Part shown: piece after piece, positions 17,635 through 26,972 of the stretch
Numbering within the stretch: position 1 is the first letter of the stretch
Layout of the letters: each line of letters starts with the position of its first letter
Source of the DNA: a virus
Lineage: Duplodnaviria > Caudoviricetes
Reading direction: 5' to 3' (one strand)
DNA: 64,000 nucleotides
Virus record (IMG/VR): IMGVR_UViG_2751186034_000001
Coordinates: 9,246-73,245 of that record
Notes under the pieces: generated by a model
The model's database searches: none
What the model saw: only the letters and a program-made list of their open reading frames with translations
Told to the model about the DNA's origin: nothing
Position numbers and translations under genes: made by a program

Positions 17635-20600
17635 CAGCGCCCCTTGATTGCTTTGTTGATGACGCCGCCCTGGCCCATGTCCTTGTTGCGTAGCTGCTGA
17701 TACTTCTGCTCAACAAAAGCCGCCAGCTCCTTGCCAAACATGTCGTAGCCAGGCGCGTCGGCGGAGGACGATGCGTTGCCGTCTCCGTCGATATGGACCT
17801 CGACATTGATCTGTGTTGCGCCGGCCCCGCCACCGCCCATGGCCATAACGCCGAGCTTGCCGCTCGATGTCCGGGTCAGGGGCATGATCGCCTCCGGACC
17901 GGCCTCACCAGCGATACCCATGTTGCCGTTCGCCATGCCAAACGAGGTTGGCTTGCTGACGATGGAGTTGGTGAACGCGCCGCCGTCGGCGAACATCTGC
18001 ACGCCGCCCGACCAGGCGCCGCCCATGGCTTGCGGGAAGTAGCTGCCCGAGTAGCCCCCCGCTGAAGCACCGAGGTTGGAAGATGCAGCGCCAGCAGATC
18101 CTGCGGCCAGCCCGTTGCCGCCAGCAGCACTGCCGCCGAAATAGCTCGCCGCCGCCCCCACCAGGCTGCCCAGCAAAGCGGAACTGGCCTGACGTGTCGC
18201 AATGCGCGCCATGTCCGCCAAAATCGACTTGGTGAAGTCCGCGAACGACGCTTTGCCTGTAACGGCGAAGTTGACGAGCGAATCCTCCATGGAGCTGAAG
18301 GCGTTGCCGAACAGGCTTTTCGTCTGGCCGGCGATGTTCCGCGCCGAGTCCAGGTAATTGTCCCAAGCTGCCGTCGCGCCCTTCGTCCAATCGCCCTGGG
18401 CGGCTTCCACATCCGCGTAGTTCTGCCGGATCTGGTCGGTGGCGGCCTTGTTCGCATCGGCGAGCGCCTGGGATTTACGCTTGAACTCTTCCTCCGACAT
18501 GTTCCGCGACGGGTCGGACTTCTGGTTGGCCAACTCCAGGGACTGCTGAGCAAACCGGTCTTGCTGGCTGTTCAGCTCGCCGCTGAGTGCGTTTTGACGA
18601 TCACCCTGGCCCACACCGAGGACTGCACGCTGGCCAGCCAGCTCCAAGGCTCGCTGCTGCTGCCCCAGCGCCTGAATGTAGGTGCTGATCGCGCGCTCCT
18701 GCTTGGCAAGCCGCCCGGCCTCGTTGGTGGCCAACACTTCAAGCTGGCTGTCGGCATCCTTCTGCGCCTTGACCATCCCTGCGCGCGCATCGGCTATCTT
18801 TTGGTCCAGCTGGATGCTTTGCGCGGCCGATGTGGTCTTCTTGCCCTTGGCGGCCTCCAGCGCGGTGATCTCCGCCTCGTAGGCTGCCGTCACCTGATCG
18901 CGCTCGTTGCCGATCAGGGCCTGGCGGCGCAGCAGGTAGTCAGCCTCGGATACCAGGCCGGCCTTCTGCGCCGCGTCCAGTTCCTTCTGGTAGTTTTTGT
19001 AGTCGGCCGCGATGGCCGCCAGGTTGTTCTTGGCGTCGTTGAAGCCGGCCAGGTTGACCTGAGAACCCGAGGCATTGGGGTCTTTGAACTTGTCGTTGAT
19101 GTTGGAGATGTTCTTGTCGATCGCCGCCTGATCGAGGCGAGAATCCTTCGGGTCGACCTTGCGGATGTCTTCGAGCTGCCGCTTGTATTCCTTGATTGCC
19201 TCGGTGCGCTTCTGCTCATTCGTCCACGACGATTTGGTGAGCACGTCGATCTTGTCGCTGGCGACGATGGCAGCTTGCTGGGCCCTTCCCTGGTCATCGA
19301 AATACTTGATCCGAGCATCATCGGCATCACGCTGCAGCGTAAGAAAGGTGATCTGCGCCTGAATCTGGGCCCGAACCTTCGGGCTCACCTCCTGGGCGTT
19401 CATCCTCGTGCCGCCAACGTCGAACGCATCGGAGCCGGAGAGCTTGGACTGCAGGTCCTTAATCTGGTCGTTGTAGCTCTTCTGCCGACCTACATCGCTG
19501 ATTCCATCTAGGGCGCCGCTCGCGGCACTCTTGATGCCAAGCCAGGCCCGCTCCCATAGATTCAGGTTCTCTATCACCTGGCGGGATCTGGTCTGTACAG
19601 TGTCGGCATAGGTGTCGGTCAGCAGCTTGGTGGCGCCGATTTCGTCGCCTTGGTCCTTGAGTGCGACGATCTGCGAATAAACCGAGGCTGTGAGGAAGTG
19701 GTACTGCTCGTTGAGCGACTTGGCGGCGGCCACTGGGTCGTCGGCGATCTTGACGAACTCGGCAACGGTTGCCTCGATGGACTTGCCGGTGGCCTTCTCC
19801 ATGGATAGAGCCGCCTCAGCGATCTCCACGAAACTGCCGCTGGCGAGCTTACCGCTACCTGCCAGGGTGGCCAGCACGTCCGCAGCCTGCCCGGTGGTGC
19901 CCACGGTCGCTGCGACCTGGCGGGACATATCGCCCAACTGTCCAGCGCTTGCACCTGCATAGTTGCCGGTTAGGATCAGCGCTTTGTTGAAGGCTTCCGT
20001 CTCTCTGCTGCCGCTGTAGTAGGCGTAGGCCAGCCCACCTATGGCTGCGGCGACAAGGCCAATCGGAGCAGCTAGTGCCAGCAGACCGCTCATGGAGGCG
20101 CCAGCCCCTACGCCGATCTGCGTGATTGCCCGGGCACCGCTCCCCCAATCGCCGGTGGAGAGGGCATTACCGAGCTGCATAACGTTTTCCTGCGCTTGGC
20201 GGGTGCCGAGGCGCAGCTTGTCGAAGCCGGTGGTGGTTTTTTCGAGCTTGGCGTAGTCCTTGTCGATATTGCCCAGGGCTTTGTTGTAGTCGTCCTGACT
20301 CAGGCGACCCGCGTCCAAGTACTTGCCAAGTTGCTCGACTTGAGTGTCGAGTTTCGCCAGCGCGGCGCGGGCCGGGTCAATCGCCCCCAACAAGCTGTTG
20401 AGAGCTTTTTGCTCATCCAGTGCGGACTTGGCCAGGGCCACCTGCTGCTTGTCCAGCTGTGCCGATATCTTCGCTGCTTCTGCCTCGCCATAGGCGCCGG
20501 TCTTAGTCAGCTTGGCGAGAGCGTCACGCTGCTTTGCCAGGTCCTGGGTGGTTTTAGCGCTGGTGGACAGCGACTTTTCCAGCGCCTGCATTTCGTTCAT

Positions 20601-20717
20601 CAGCGAAACGGCGGACTGCTCGGCCCGGCCGCCGGCCTTCGCCATTTCGTCCAGGCTCGTTTTAGCCTGGATTGCATCGGCCGAGTCGATCTTGACGCCG
20701 AGTTCTGCAATTTTCAT
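17634..20717 (-). CDS. Tape measure protein
   Basis: 1027 aa Ala/Gln-rich helical protein with lambda H-like motifs and a GEAGPEAIMPL C-terminus. Confidence 0.95.
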   Translation of the reverse strand: MKIAELGVKIDSADAIQAKTSLDEMAKAGGRAEQSAVSLMNEMQALEKSLSTSAKTTQDLAKQRDALAKLTKTGAYGEAEAAKISAQLDKQQVALAKSALDEQKALNSLLGAIDPARAALAKLDTQVEQLGKYLDAGRLSQDDYNKALGNIDKDYAKLEKTTTGFDKLRLGTRQAQENVMQLGNALSTGDWGSGARAITQIGVGAGASMSGLLALAAPIGLVAAAIGGLAYAYYSGSRETEAFNKALILTGNYAGASAGQLGDMSRQVAATVGTTGQAADVLATLAGSGKLASGSFVEIAEAALSMEKATGKSIEATVAEFVKIADDPVAAAKSLNEQYHFLTASVYSQIVALKDQGDEIGATKLLTDTYADTVQTRSRQVIENLNLWERAWLGIKSAASGALDGISDVGRQKSYNDQIKDLQSKLSGSDAFDVGGTRMNAQEVSPKVRAQIQAQITFLTLQRDADDARIKYFDDQGRAQQAAIVASDKIDVLTKSSWTNEQKRTEAIKEYKRQLEDIRKVDPKDSRLDQAAIDKNISNINDKFKDPNASGSQVNLAGFNDAKNNLAAIAADYKNYQKELDAAQKAGLVSEADYLLRRQALIGNERDQVTAAYEAEITALEAAKGKKTTSAAQSIQLDQKIADARAGMVKAQKDADSQLEVLATNEAGRLAKQERAISTYIQALGQQQRALELAGQRAVLGVGQGDRQNALSGELNSQQDRFAQQSLELANQKSDPSRNMSEEEFKRKSQALADANKAATDQIRQNYADVEAAQGDWTKGATAAWDNYLDSARNIAGQTKSLFGNAFSSMEDSLVNFAVTGKASFADFTKSILADMARIATRQASSALLGSLVGAAASYFGGSAAGGNGLAAGSAGAASSNLGASAGGYSGSYFPQAMGGAWSGGVQMFADGGAFTNSIVSKPTSFGMANGNMGIAGEAGPEAIMPLTRTSSGKLGVMAMGGGGAGATQINVEVHIDGDGNASSSADAPGYDMFGKELAAFVEQKYQQLRNKDMGQGGVINKAIKGR

Positions 20718-20744
20718 CGACTCACCTTGAATAAGTGCCCGTGG

Positions 20745-21050
20745 TTACGGGCTGTTTTCCCTTTCCTCCGCCATGACGCGCAGGGCTTCGCCTTCCAGGA
20801 CTTGAAGGTCAGGGAAGATTTCAGCGAGTTTCTTTTTCTTGATGCCGAGGAAGCCGGCCACGTCGCGGATGCTGCTGTAGTCGAGACCGATCGCGCCGCT
20901 GGTGCCCGCCCGCCACTGTGTGGACATCCTGTTGAACAGGAGGAAGGCCGGCCAGTTGCAGGGCCAGACTTCCACATCGTCCTCATCGAGGTCGGCAGCC
21001 GTCAGCCCGAGAGCAGCCAATTGCTCAGCAGATTGGCCGCTTCCGTACAT
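20745..21050 (-). CDS. Tail assembly chaperone GT C-terminal part (DUF1799-like; -1 frameshift product)
   Basis: TQWRAG...GLDYS...DLQVLEGEAL; frame is open through the slippery site. Confidence 0.85.
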   Translation of the reverse strand: MYGSGQSAEQLAALGLTAADLDEDDVEVWPCNWPAFLLFNRMSTQWRAGTSGAIGLDYSSIRDVAGFLGIKKKKLAEIFPDLQVLEGEALRVMAEERENSP

Positions 21051-21067
21051 TGCTTTGGCTGCCGCTA

Positions 21068-21448
21068 TCAGTTTCCCAGGCGAGCCTGGCTGAATGCGCT
21101 CTGATAGGCGCTCACGACCGCTTCGGCTGTGCCATAACAGGACTTAACAAGGGCCTGGATGCTCTTGTCGTCAAACTTGTCATCGAACCCCCACCCAACG
21201 ACGAGATCCTTGATTTGCTGCACCTGAAGCTCGGTCTCGGCAGAAACGACATCGGACAAAGTGGTGGCTTCGCCGAAGCTCTCGCGCATCTCCTTCCCCT
21301 TTGCGCTCCAATCATCGAATAGGGCGGCAAGCCCCGGGCGATCCCGATACTTGAAGGTGAACTCGATTTTCTCGGGCTCCTCTCCAACAATTGGGATCAG
21401 CACGAATGCCTTGAATGTAGGGTTCTGGGCGATCCTGATCTTTGCCAT
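21068..21448 (-). CDS. Tail assembly chaperone G
   Basis: 126 aa between the tube and TMP genes; ends in G GGA AAC. Confidence 0.85.
   Translation of the reverse strand: MAKIRIAQNPTFKAFVLIPIVGEEPEKIEFTFKYRDRPGLAALFDDWSAKGKEMRESFGEATTLSDVVSAETELQVQQIKDLVVGWGFDDKFDDKSIQALVKSCYGTAEAVVSAYQSAFSQARLGN
21071..21077 (-). other. -1 programmed frameshift slippery heptamer GGGAAAC
   Basis: X XXY YYZ immediately before the G stop; the -1 frame continues as LIAAAKAMYGSG into the downstream ORF. Confidence 0.8.
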
Positions 21449-21457
21449 GGGAACTCC

Positions 21458-22117
21458 TTATGCGCCAGCCAAATAACGGAGCGAACGAGCGGAAAGCCCG
21501 ATGCTGATGGTGCGCGTCATGACGTTGTTGCGCTCCATGGTTGGGTCAGGAGTAATGCTCACATAGCCCGGGTAGAGAATCTGGTCACCGTTACGCAGCT
21601 TCATGCGGACCACCGCCAGTTCCTTGGTGTCGTCGTACCCTTCGACGGTCTCGACGTATTGAGCCGTTGGCTGGTCCTCCACCACGATGGTGATCGTGGT
21701 CGGATTGCGGTTTGTCGGGAACTGTTTGTCGTCGTCATCTTCCAGGTAGCCGACGGTTTGGTACTGCTGCTCACCGCCTGAGGACGTGAAAGAAGTCACC
21801 TTGGAGATTTGCGTCCATCCGGACACGGGAATCACAGAACCGGCGCCTGCACCGACGGTGTATTTGTCGGTATTGGTCGTGTTGAGACCGGCCAGAGCGA
21901 AAGCATCTGCAGTAATGCCGGAAGCCTTTACTGCGCGGTCGTTGATGAGCGCCCAGCCAGAGTTGATCAGCAAAACGTCGCCATTTTCAATGCTGTGCCC
22001 TACAGACGCAGCGACTGGCGATTTCGCATTGGTCAATGCGGTGAAAGCGACTGCGGAGCCCATAACGCTGGCGATCTCCAGCACAGCGCCGTTCGGCAGC
22101 GGGAAGCGTGCGGCCAT
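21458..22117 (-). CDS. Major tail tube protein
   Basis: 219 aa; ISKVTSFTSSGGEQQY and YLEDDD motifs; position before the chaperones. Confidence 0.85.
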   Translation of the reverse strand: MAARFPLPNGAVLEIASVMGSAVAFTALTNAKSPVAASVGHSIENGDVLLINSGWALINDRAVKASGITADAFALAGLNTTNTDKYTVGAGAGSVIPVSGWTQISKVTSFTSSGGEQQYQTVGYLEDDDDKQFPTNRNPTTITIVVEDQPTAQYVETVEGYDDTKELAVVRMKLRNGDQILYPGYVSITPDPTMERNNVMTRTISIGLSARSLRYLAGA

Positions 22118-22156
22118 GGTGTATTTCCTCTTGAGTGCCCGCCTGACGGCGGTAGG

Positions 22157-22585
22157 TTATGCCCCAGCGGGCGGTTGGTCTGCGACACCCAGGTAGGTGA
22201 AGCTGGCCGGGACCGTGTAGGTCGCCGACTCTGTGATAGTTGGTCCCTGATCTACTGGCTCAGTGATCAGGCCATCGAAACCGTTACGGGTCAGAGGTGT
22301 GTCGACGCGGAACAGCCGGGTCAATTCGTCAATAAGCGTCTCGGCGGTGGCCAAAGCCTGGCCGGACGGACAAACGATGCTGACCTGATAAACACCGGCG
22401 TACTCGTAGGCCTCCCCGCCGAGATAGCGGCAGGTGGTGCTGGCTGGAAGTTGAAAGGCTTGGAGGTAGGTTTCAGAAGAACCCGGAGTGAACGGTTGAT
22501 TTGGGTAGGCCACCCTTATCGGGCGCGCAGCCGCCCATGCGGCCAGCTTCGTTTCGATGGCCTGACGGGCGCGTGCGTGACTCAT
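22157..22585 (-). CDS. Tail terminator protein
   Basis: 142 aa, position before the tube gene, GVYQVSIVCP motif. Confidence 0.75.
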   Translation of the reverse strand: MSHARARQAIETKLAAWAAARPIRVAYPNQPFTPGSSETYLQAFQLPASTTCRYLGGEAYEYAGVYQVSIVCPSGQALATAETLIDELTRLFRVDTPLTRNGFDGLITEPVDQGPTITESATYTVPASFTYLGVADQPPAGA

Positions 22586-23238
22586 ACTTGGTTGTTCCTG
22601 ATGGCCTCCAGCACGATCTGCTGAAAGCGAGCCACAGTTACCCGAACCATGCCTCCGGGGGCCTGGGTTGAGTGGCCGAACTCCAGCGGAATCGCGTAGG
22701 GCAAGTTGTTGATGATGTAGGCCATTTGGCCAGCGGTGAAATCACTCATCGCGGCAACCATTGCAGCGGTGGTTTCGGCGCCGCTCGGGTCAACCTCATC
22801 AAAGGTGACGCTCTCTACCACGCCAAGCGATATGTGCCAGTTCGCCCGGAACCGGCCGCCGACGTAGTCCTTGCCAGCCACCAAACCGTTCACGTTGAAA
22901 TTCTGGTCGCGCTCGGTCTTTGTCAGGGGCTTGGCGTACTTCACACCCTTTCGCAATTTGCCGGCTTTGGTGAAGTTCGACTCGTTGAGGTTGATGATCG
23001 TATTGCGGACCGCGACCTTGAAGTCATAGTCGTCGGCCGCCCGAGTGTTCGCCTCACGGTGAGCAACGTTTGCGGCCCAGATCTCCGGGTTACCCACGGG
23101 AGACATTCGAATCAGGCTGCTGCCGACCTCGATGATGATCTCGCGCACGCTGGCGTCGATGGCTTCGCTGGTTTGGGCGGCGAACTCGGCCAGGCTCAGG
23201 GCGAAGCTGCCGGATTGACCGGCGCCTGCCCGGCTCAA
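22582..23238 (-). CDS. HK97 gp10-like tail completion protein
   Basis: SPVG...GRFRANW...NNLPYAIPLEFGHSTQAPGGMVR. Confidence 0.85.
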   Translation of the reverse strand: MSRAGAGQSGSFALSLAEFAAQTSEAIDASVREIIIEVGSSLIRMSPVGNPEIWAANVAHREANTRAADDYDFKVAVRNTIINLNESNFTKAGKLRKGVKYAKPLTKTERDQNFNVNGLVAGKDYVGGRFRANWHISLGVVESVTFDEVDPSGAETTAAMVAAMSDFTAGQMAYIINNLPYAIPLEFGHSTQAPGGMVRVTVARFQQIVLEAIRNNQV

Positions 23239-23606
23239 GACCGCACCTGCAGTTCATACAGAATCGGCGTGCCGGCCGGATTGACCTCTTTCAGCGGCGG
23301 AACGATGGACCAGGTGCGGCCCTGGGCGCCCACCTTGTCCAGCAAGCCCGGCACCCAGGTCAGCCCCTGCGCGGCGATCTTGAGCTTCTTGTCGCCCTGT
23401 TTGATCAGGCTGTTGTTCTGGAATTCTTGGCCGGTGAAGTCGAGCAGGATGCCCTGGGCAATTTGCTCGACGGTTGCGCCTGGCGCTTCGCCGCCCGTCT
23501 CCGGGTCGTACTCGCCCGGCTCCGTCTTGCTGATGGTCACGGGCTGGCCGAACTCTGTGATCATCTCCAGAGCCATCACGGCCATTTCATCGTAGAAGGT
23601 GGCCAT
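23235..23606 (-). CDS. Head closure/adaptor protein
   Basis: 123 aa from MATFYD; GEYDPETG and YELQVR motifs. Confidence 0.7.
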   Translation of the reverse strand: MATFYDEMAVMALEMITEFGQPVTISKTEPGEYDPETGGEAPGATVEQIAQGILLDFTGQEFQNNSLIKQGDKKLKIAAQGLTWVPGLLDKVGAQGRTWSIVPPLKEVNPAGTPILYELQVRS

Positions 23607-23623
23607 GATTTCTCCAGAAGTTT

Positions 23624-23941
23624 CTAGTGGGTAAAGTCTGATCTCTTTAAAAAGAAAGCACGCAAATATAGAAGAGCAAATGCAGGAATTGCGGCCGCAG
23701 ACAAAGCAACCAGCCAATTGCTGTGGCTATCGTCGTAAAACTTGTACGACATAACCGCCTGAAACAGTGCAATCAAAGGCAGACTGCATAACGCAATCAT
23801 TCGTCGCCTGCTTCGATGCAAACTTTGATTCCGCACTGATGCGCTAAAAAACAGAATGAGCCACAGAAAAAACCACTCTGTGATCCCCGTTAAAATCAAA
23901 GCTAGTGAAATTAGATCTATGAGCAAATCAACTATCTCCAT
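23624..23941 (-). CDS. Low-GC membrane protein (moron)
   Basis: 105 aa with three hydrophobic segments; AT-rich relative to the flanking neck genes. Confidence 0.6.
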   Translation of the reverse strand: MEIVDLLIDLISLALILTGITEWFFLWLILFFSASVRNQSLHRSRRRMIALCSLPLIALFQAVMSYKFYDDSHSNWLVALSAAAIPAFALLYLRAFFLKRSDFTH

Positions 23942-23986
23942 CCATCACCAGGCCAGAATATTGAAGATCGTTTCCAAGCTTCTATT

Positions 23987-24490
23987 CTAGGCTCTAACGG
24001 CAAATAGTCCGCGCCGCTGCAAATAGTCGGAAAACTGCGTAGCGCTGGGTCGATCAGGCGCCGCTGGCAGCAGCCGGTTACTGGTAGACGGAATAGCCGC
24101 ATACTGTCGCGTCACCGCCCCCTCAACACGATCCAGCAGCACAGCTCCTTTGCGCTTCTCCACCGGGTCGATATCGTCCTGATGAATCTCGGCGGCCAGG
24201 GCCATCTGGCCATACTGGATGCGCGCCGGCAGGTAGTTGTTCGGCTTGATCTCCTGATCCAGCAGCACTTCCCGGCGCGGCCAGGACAAGGCCTGCTCGC
24301 TGCTCATCTTGCGGCCTTTCCAGGTCTTGCCATCCATCGCCAAGGCGGCCCGGCGCAGCAATGCTTCCTGCTCGGGAACGCCTGCGGGGATAACCGTGCC
24401 GAATTTCACGGCATACATGGCCAAGTCCTCAGCGCTCGCGTAGCTTTCGGCGTCAGGCTTGCCGGTGCCGTCCTCGATGATGAGTGTCAT
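23987..24490 (-). CDS. Head-tail connector (DnaT-like family)
   Basis: IIEDGTG..DAESY and QALSWPR motifs. Confidence 0.75.
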   Translation of the reverse strand: MTLIIEDGTGKPDAESYASAEDLAMYAVKFGTVIPAGVPEQEALLRRAALAMDGKTWKGRKMSSEQALSWPRREVLLDQEIKPNNYLPARIQYGQMALAAEIHQDDIDPVEKRKGAVLLDRVEGAVTRQYAAIPSTSNRLLPAAPDRPSATQFSDYLQRRGLFAVRA

Positions 24491-24549
24491 GCGTCAACTC
24501 GCTGGAATGGTTTGAAGATTGGCCACCGGGTAACCGGCAGCCAGCAGTA

Positions 24550-25140
24550 TCACGCCTTGGGCAGATCAGCGACGAGCTTTTCCAAGGAGTCTTTCGAGGC
24601 GTTGGCCCGGTATGGCACCTTCGCTTCGTCGAGCTTGGCTTTCAGGTCGGCGATTTCTCCAGCCTCATCAGCCGGCGGCGTGATGGCGGCCTTCTTCAGC
24701 GCTTCAACCTCGCCGCGCAGTGTGTCGACGGTCACGAGCAGGCCGTCACGCTCAGTAGTCAGCTCTCCAACCGAGGTGTGGATGGTGCCCAGCACGCCAA
24801 ACAATCGCAACGCGATTTCACCAAATTCGGGTCGCTGAATTTCGCCAGCTTCCAGGCCATCAACCAGCAGAATGAGCGCGCCATTTTCAGTCCGCAACCT
24901 GGCAATTTCCTCAGCCAGCGCATCGGATAGTCCCGCTGGCACGCTGACTGCGGAAGGTGCTGGAGTCTCGACGACCGACACGTCAACGCCTGCAGCCTCA
25001 TAGGCAGCGACGATATCTGGATGTTCGCCAACGACTACCACCGCCGTCGCGTCGCGTTCAATGCCGCGAAATAGACTCGCAGTCCGGTAGCGCTTCTCCG
25101 GATCAAAGCCCTCAAGCTGGTTCGTGTAAATCAGTTCCAT
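24550..25140 (-). CDS. Capsid-adjacent protein with coiled coil and C-terminal HeH/LEM-like motif
   Basis: LKAKLDEAKVPYRANASKDSLEKL at the C-terminus. Confidence 0.55.
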   Translation of the reverse strand: MELIYTNQLEGFDPEKRYRTASLFRGIERDATAVVVVGEHPDIVAAYEAAGVDVSVVETPAPSAVSVPAGLSDALAEEIARLRTENGALILLVDGLEAGEIQRPEFGEIALRLFGVLGTIHTSVGELTTERDGLLVTVDTLRGEVEALKKAAITPPADEAGEIADLKAKLDEAKVPYRANASKDSLEKLVADLPKA

Positions 25141-25186
25141 GGGAATCTCCGTAGCGGCCGTTGCCGACCGCTTCCTGGGGTGAATA

Positions 25187-26149
25187 TCAGCCGCCGGCTG
25201 GTGGCGTAGTGGTGAGGGTGATCATCACGCCGGCGGTGACCTTGTTGCTGTCGGCATGCTTGACCCAGTTGGCCGCCGAACCGACAGCCGCCAGGGTTGG
25301 GTTCGCGCCGCCGGCAGTTTCCTTCCAGCTGTAACCCAGGACGTCAATGTTGACGGTGCCCTCGGCGCGGTAGCCGATGCCGAGGTTTTCCTCGTCGTCC
25401 ACATTGTACGAACGGAAGCCGGGGGCTTGGGACTCGGTGATCACCACGGCGTTCGGCAGCAGGCCGAAGATCACGTCAGATGGCGCGGTATCAGTCACCA
25501 GCACGGGCTTGCCCAGGGTGCCAGGCAGGCCACCATAGATAACGACACCGGCTTCTTCGTAGATTTTGTTGGTGATGGCCTCGTCGACGATGTCGAAGTA
25601 GGCACTGGAGTGCATAACCCACAACGCAATGCGACCGAACTTGTCGCCGAATTTGCGCATGCCGCGGGTCAGCGTCTTCTTGCCGTCGGTTTCGATGTTC
25701 GCCGAGACCACCATGCCGGCGTTGGAGCCGATGGCGGCGCGCAACGCGGCGGTGGCGTACTGGATGAAGCCTTCCAAGGTCGCGTCGGCAACGTCGGCAC
25801 CGATGATCTGGGAGAACTCATCAACCGGGCGGCCGCGACGCTTGAACGCCTCTTCGGTGGTCTGGTACGGGCCGTATTTCCACGGTGCTTTGACACCGAC
25901 GGCCTCACCGGCGCCGATCTTTTTGGCGGTCACCTTCCCGGTGGAGTTGACGTCGCGGTGTTCCAGCGAGCCGCCAATCTTGTAGAAAGCGCGCTTGCGG
26001 AAGTCGCCTTCGATCAGCTCGTTGTCGAGGACGATCGCGCCATTGGAAGATGCGTTGAACACGTCCAGGTTGTCCTGAACGCGCTCCAAGTATGCAGTTT
26101 GCGCCTCATCGTTGTAGATGATCAGGTCGCTATTGACGGTTGTCGCCAT
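25187..26149 (-). CDS. Major capsid protein
   Basis: 320 aa following the scaffold gene; ANWVKHA...KVTAGV C-terminus. Confidence 0.85.
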   Translation of the reverse strand: MATTVNSDLIIYNDEAQTAYLERVQDNLDVFNASSNGAIVLDNELIEGDFRKRAFYKIGGSLEHRDVNSTGKVTAKKIGAGEAVGVKAPWKYGPYQTTEEAFKRRGRPVDEFSQIIGADVADATLEGFIQYATAALRAAIGSNAGMVVSANIETDGKKTLTRGMRKFGDKFGRIALWVMHSSAYFDIVDEAITNKIYEEAGVVIYGGLPGTLGKPVLVTDTAPSDVIFGLLPNAVVITESQAPGFRSYNVDDEENLGIGYRAEGTVNIDVLGYSWKETAGGANPTLAAVGSAANWVKHADSNKVTAGVMITLTTTPPAGG

Positions 26150-26161
26150 GAGTATTTCCCC

Positions 26162-26890
26162 TTACTTGGGCAATTGCAGATATGCGGTTTGGCCGTGCTT
26201 GCGCTGGTATTCGCGCTTTTGCTCGGAGGTCATTTCGGAGCGCTTGAATGCAGCCTGGCCGCCGCCCCCGCCCGGGGCTTGTGTCCCTGAAGCCCTTGGC
26301 CACAGGTGGGGTGCGCTTTCGCGCAGGGATTCCGCCCATTCGAGCGGAGTCAGAGGGGTCTTGCCGTCTTTGCCGAGGATGGTCTGGCCATGCTCATCGA
26401 CAGCGACCGCTTCGCCCTCTTCGTTCAGAGAGAACACGCCTTTGGCGCGCAGGATGATGTCGTCGGTTGCTTCCGGCAGTGCGCCGGCTTTCAGTGCAGC
26501 GCCGCGCACCGAGTCGCCCAAGACCTTGCCCTGGAACTTGGCGGCGAAGGCTTCAGCCTTCTCGGCGCGGCCGGCGAGCGCCTTCAGTTGCTTGTCGTGC
26601 TCGCCACGCAGGCGCTCGGTGCGCTTGTTAAACACTTCGTCAACCTTGCCCTCAGTTAGCAACTTGGTTTCTTCGTCCTGGCCCGCTCGACTGAGCAGTC
26701 CTTTGACGGCGTCGATGTCGATGCCTTCAAATTGGGTTTCGAACTGGGTCAACTTGCCGGAGGTTTCCTTCAGCTTGCCCAGCAGTTCCGAGTTCTTGGT
26801 TTTCAAACCAGAAACGGATGCTTCAACGGCAGTCGCGATAGCGGCCTTGATTGCCGGGTTTTCCAGGTCGATTTCGTTTTCTTCTGCCAC
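26162..26890 (-). CDS. Head scaffolding protein
   Basis: GTG start; coiled coil, GLKTKNSELL and EWAESL...PHLWP motifs. Confidence 0.75.
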   Translation of the reverse strand: MAEENEIDLENPAIKAAIATAVEASVSGLKTKNSELLGKLKETSGKLTQFETQFEGIDIDAVKGLLSRAGQDEETKLLTEGKVDEVFNKRTERLRGEHDKQLKALAGRAEKAEAFAAKFQGKVLGDSVRGAALKAGALPEATDDIILRAKGVFSLNEEGEAVAVDEHGQTILGKDGKTPLTPLEWAESLRESAPHLWPRASGTQAPGGGGGQAAFKRSEMTSEQKREYQRKHGQTAYLQLPK

Positions 26891-26972
26891 GTTGATGCAC
26901 CCCTTGGGTATGTTTCGCCCGCTTTGCAGGCAATAAAAAACCGCCCGGAGGCGGCTGATTGAATGTGTTCGG

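Noticed and set aside
22582-23238. About 60-aa insertion in the gp10-like protein
   Set aside because: Variable insertions are common in this family, and no motif suggests an added function.
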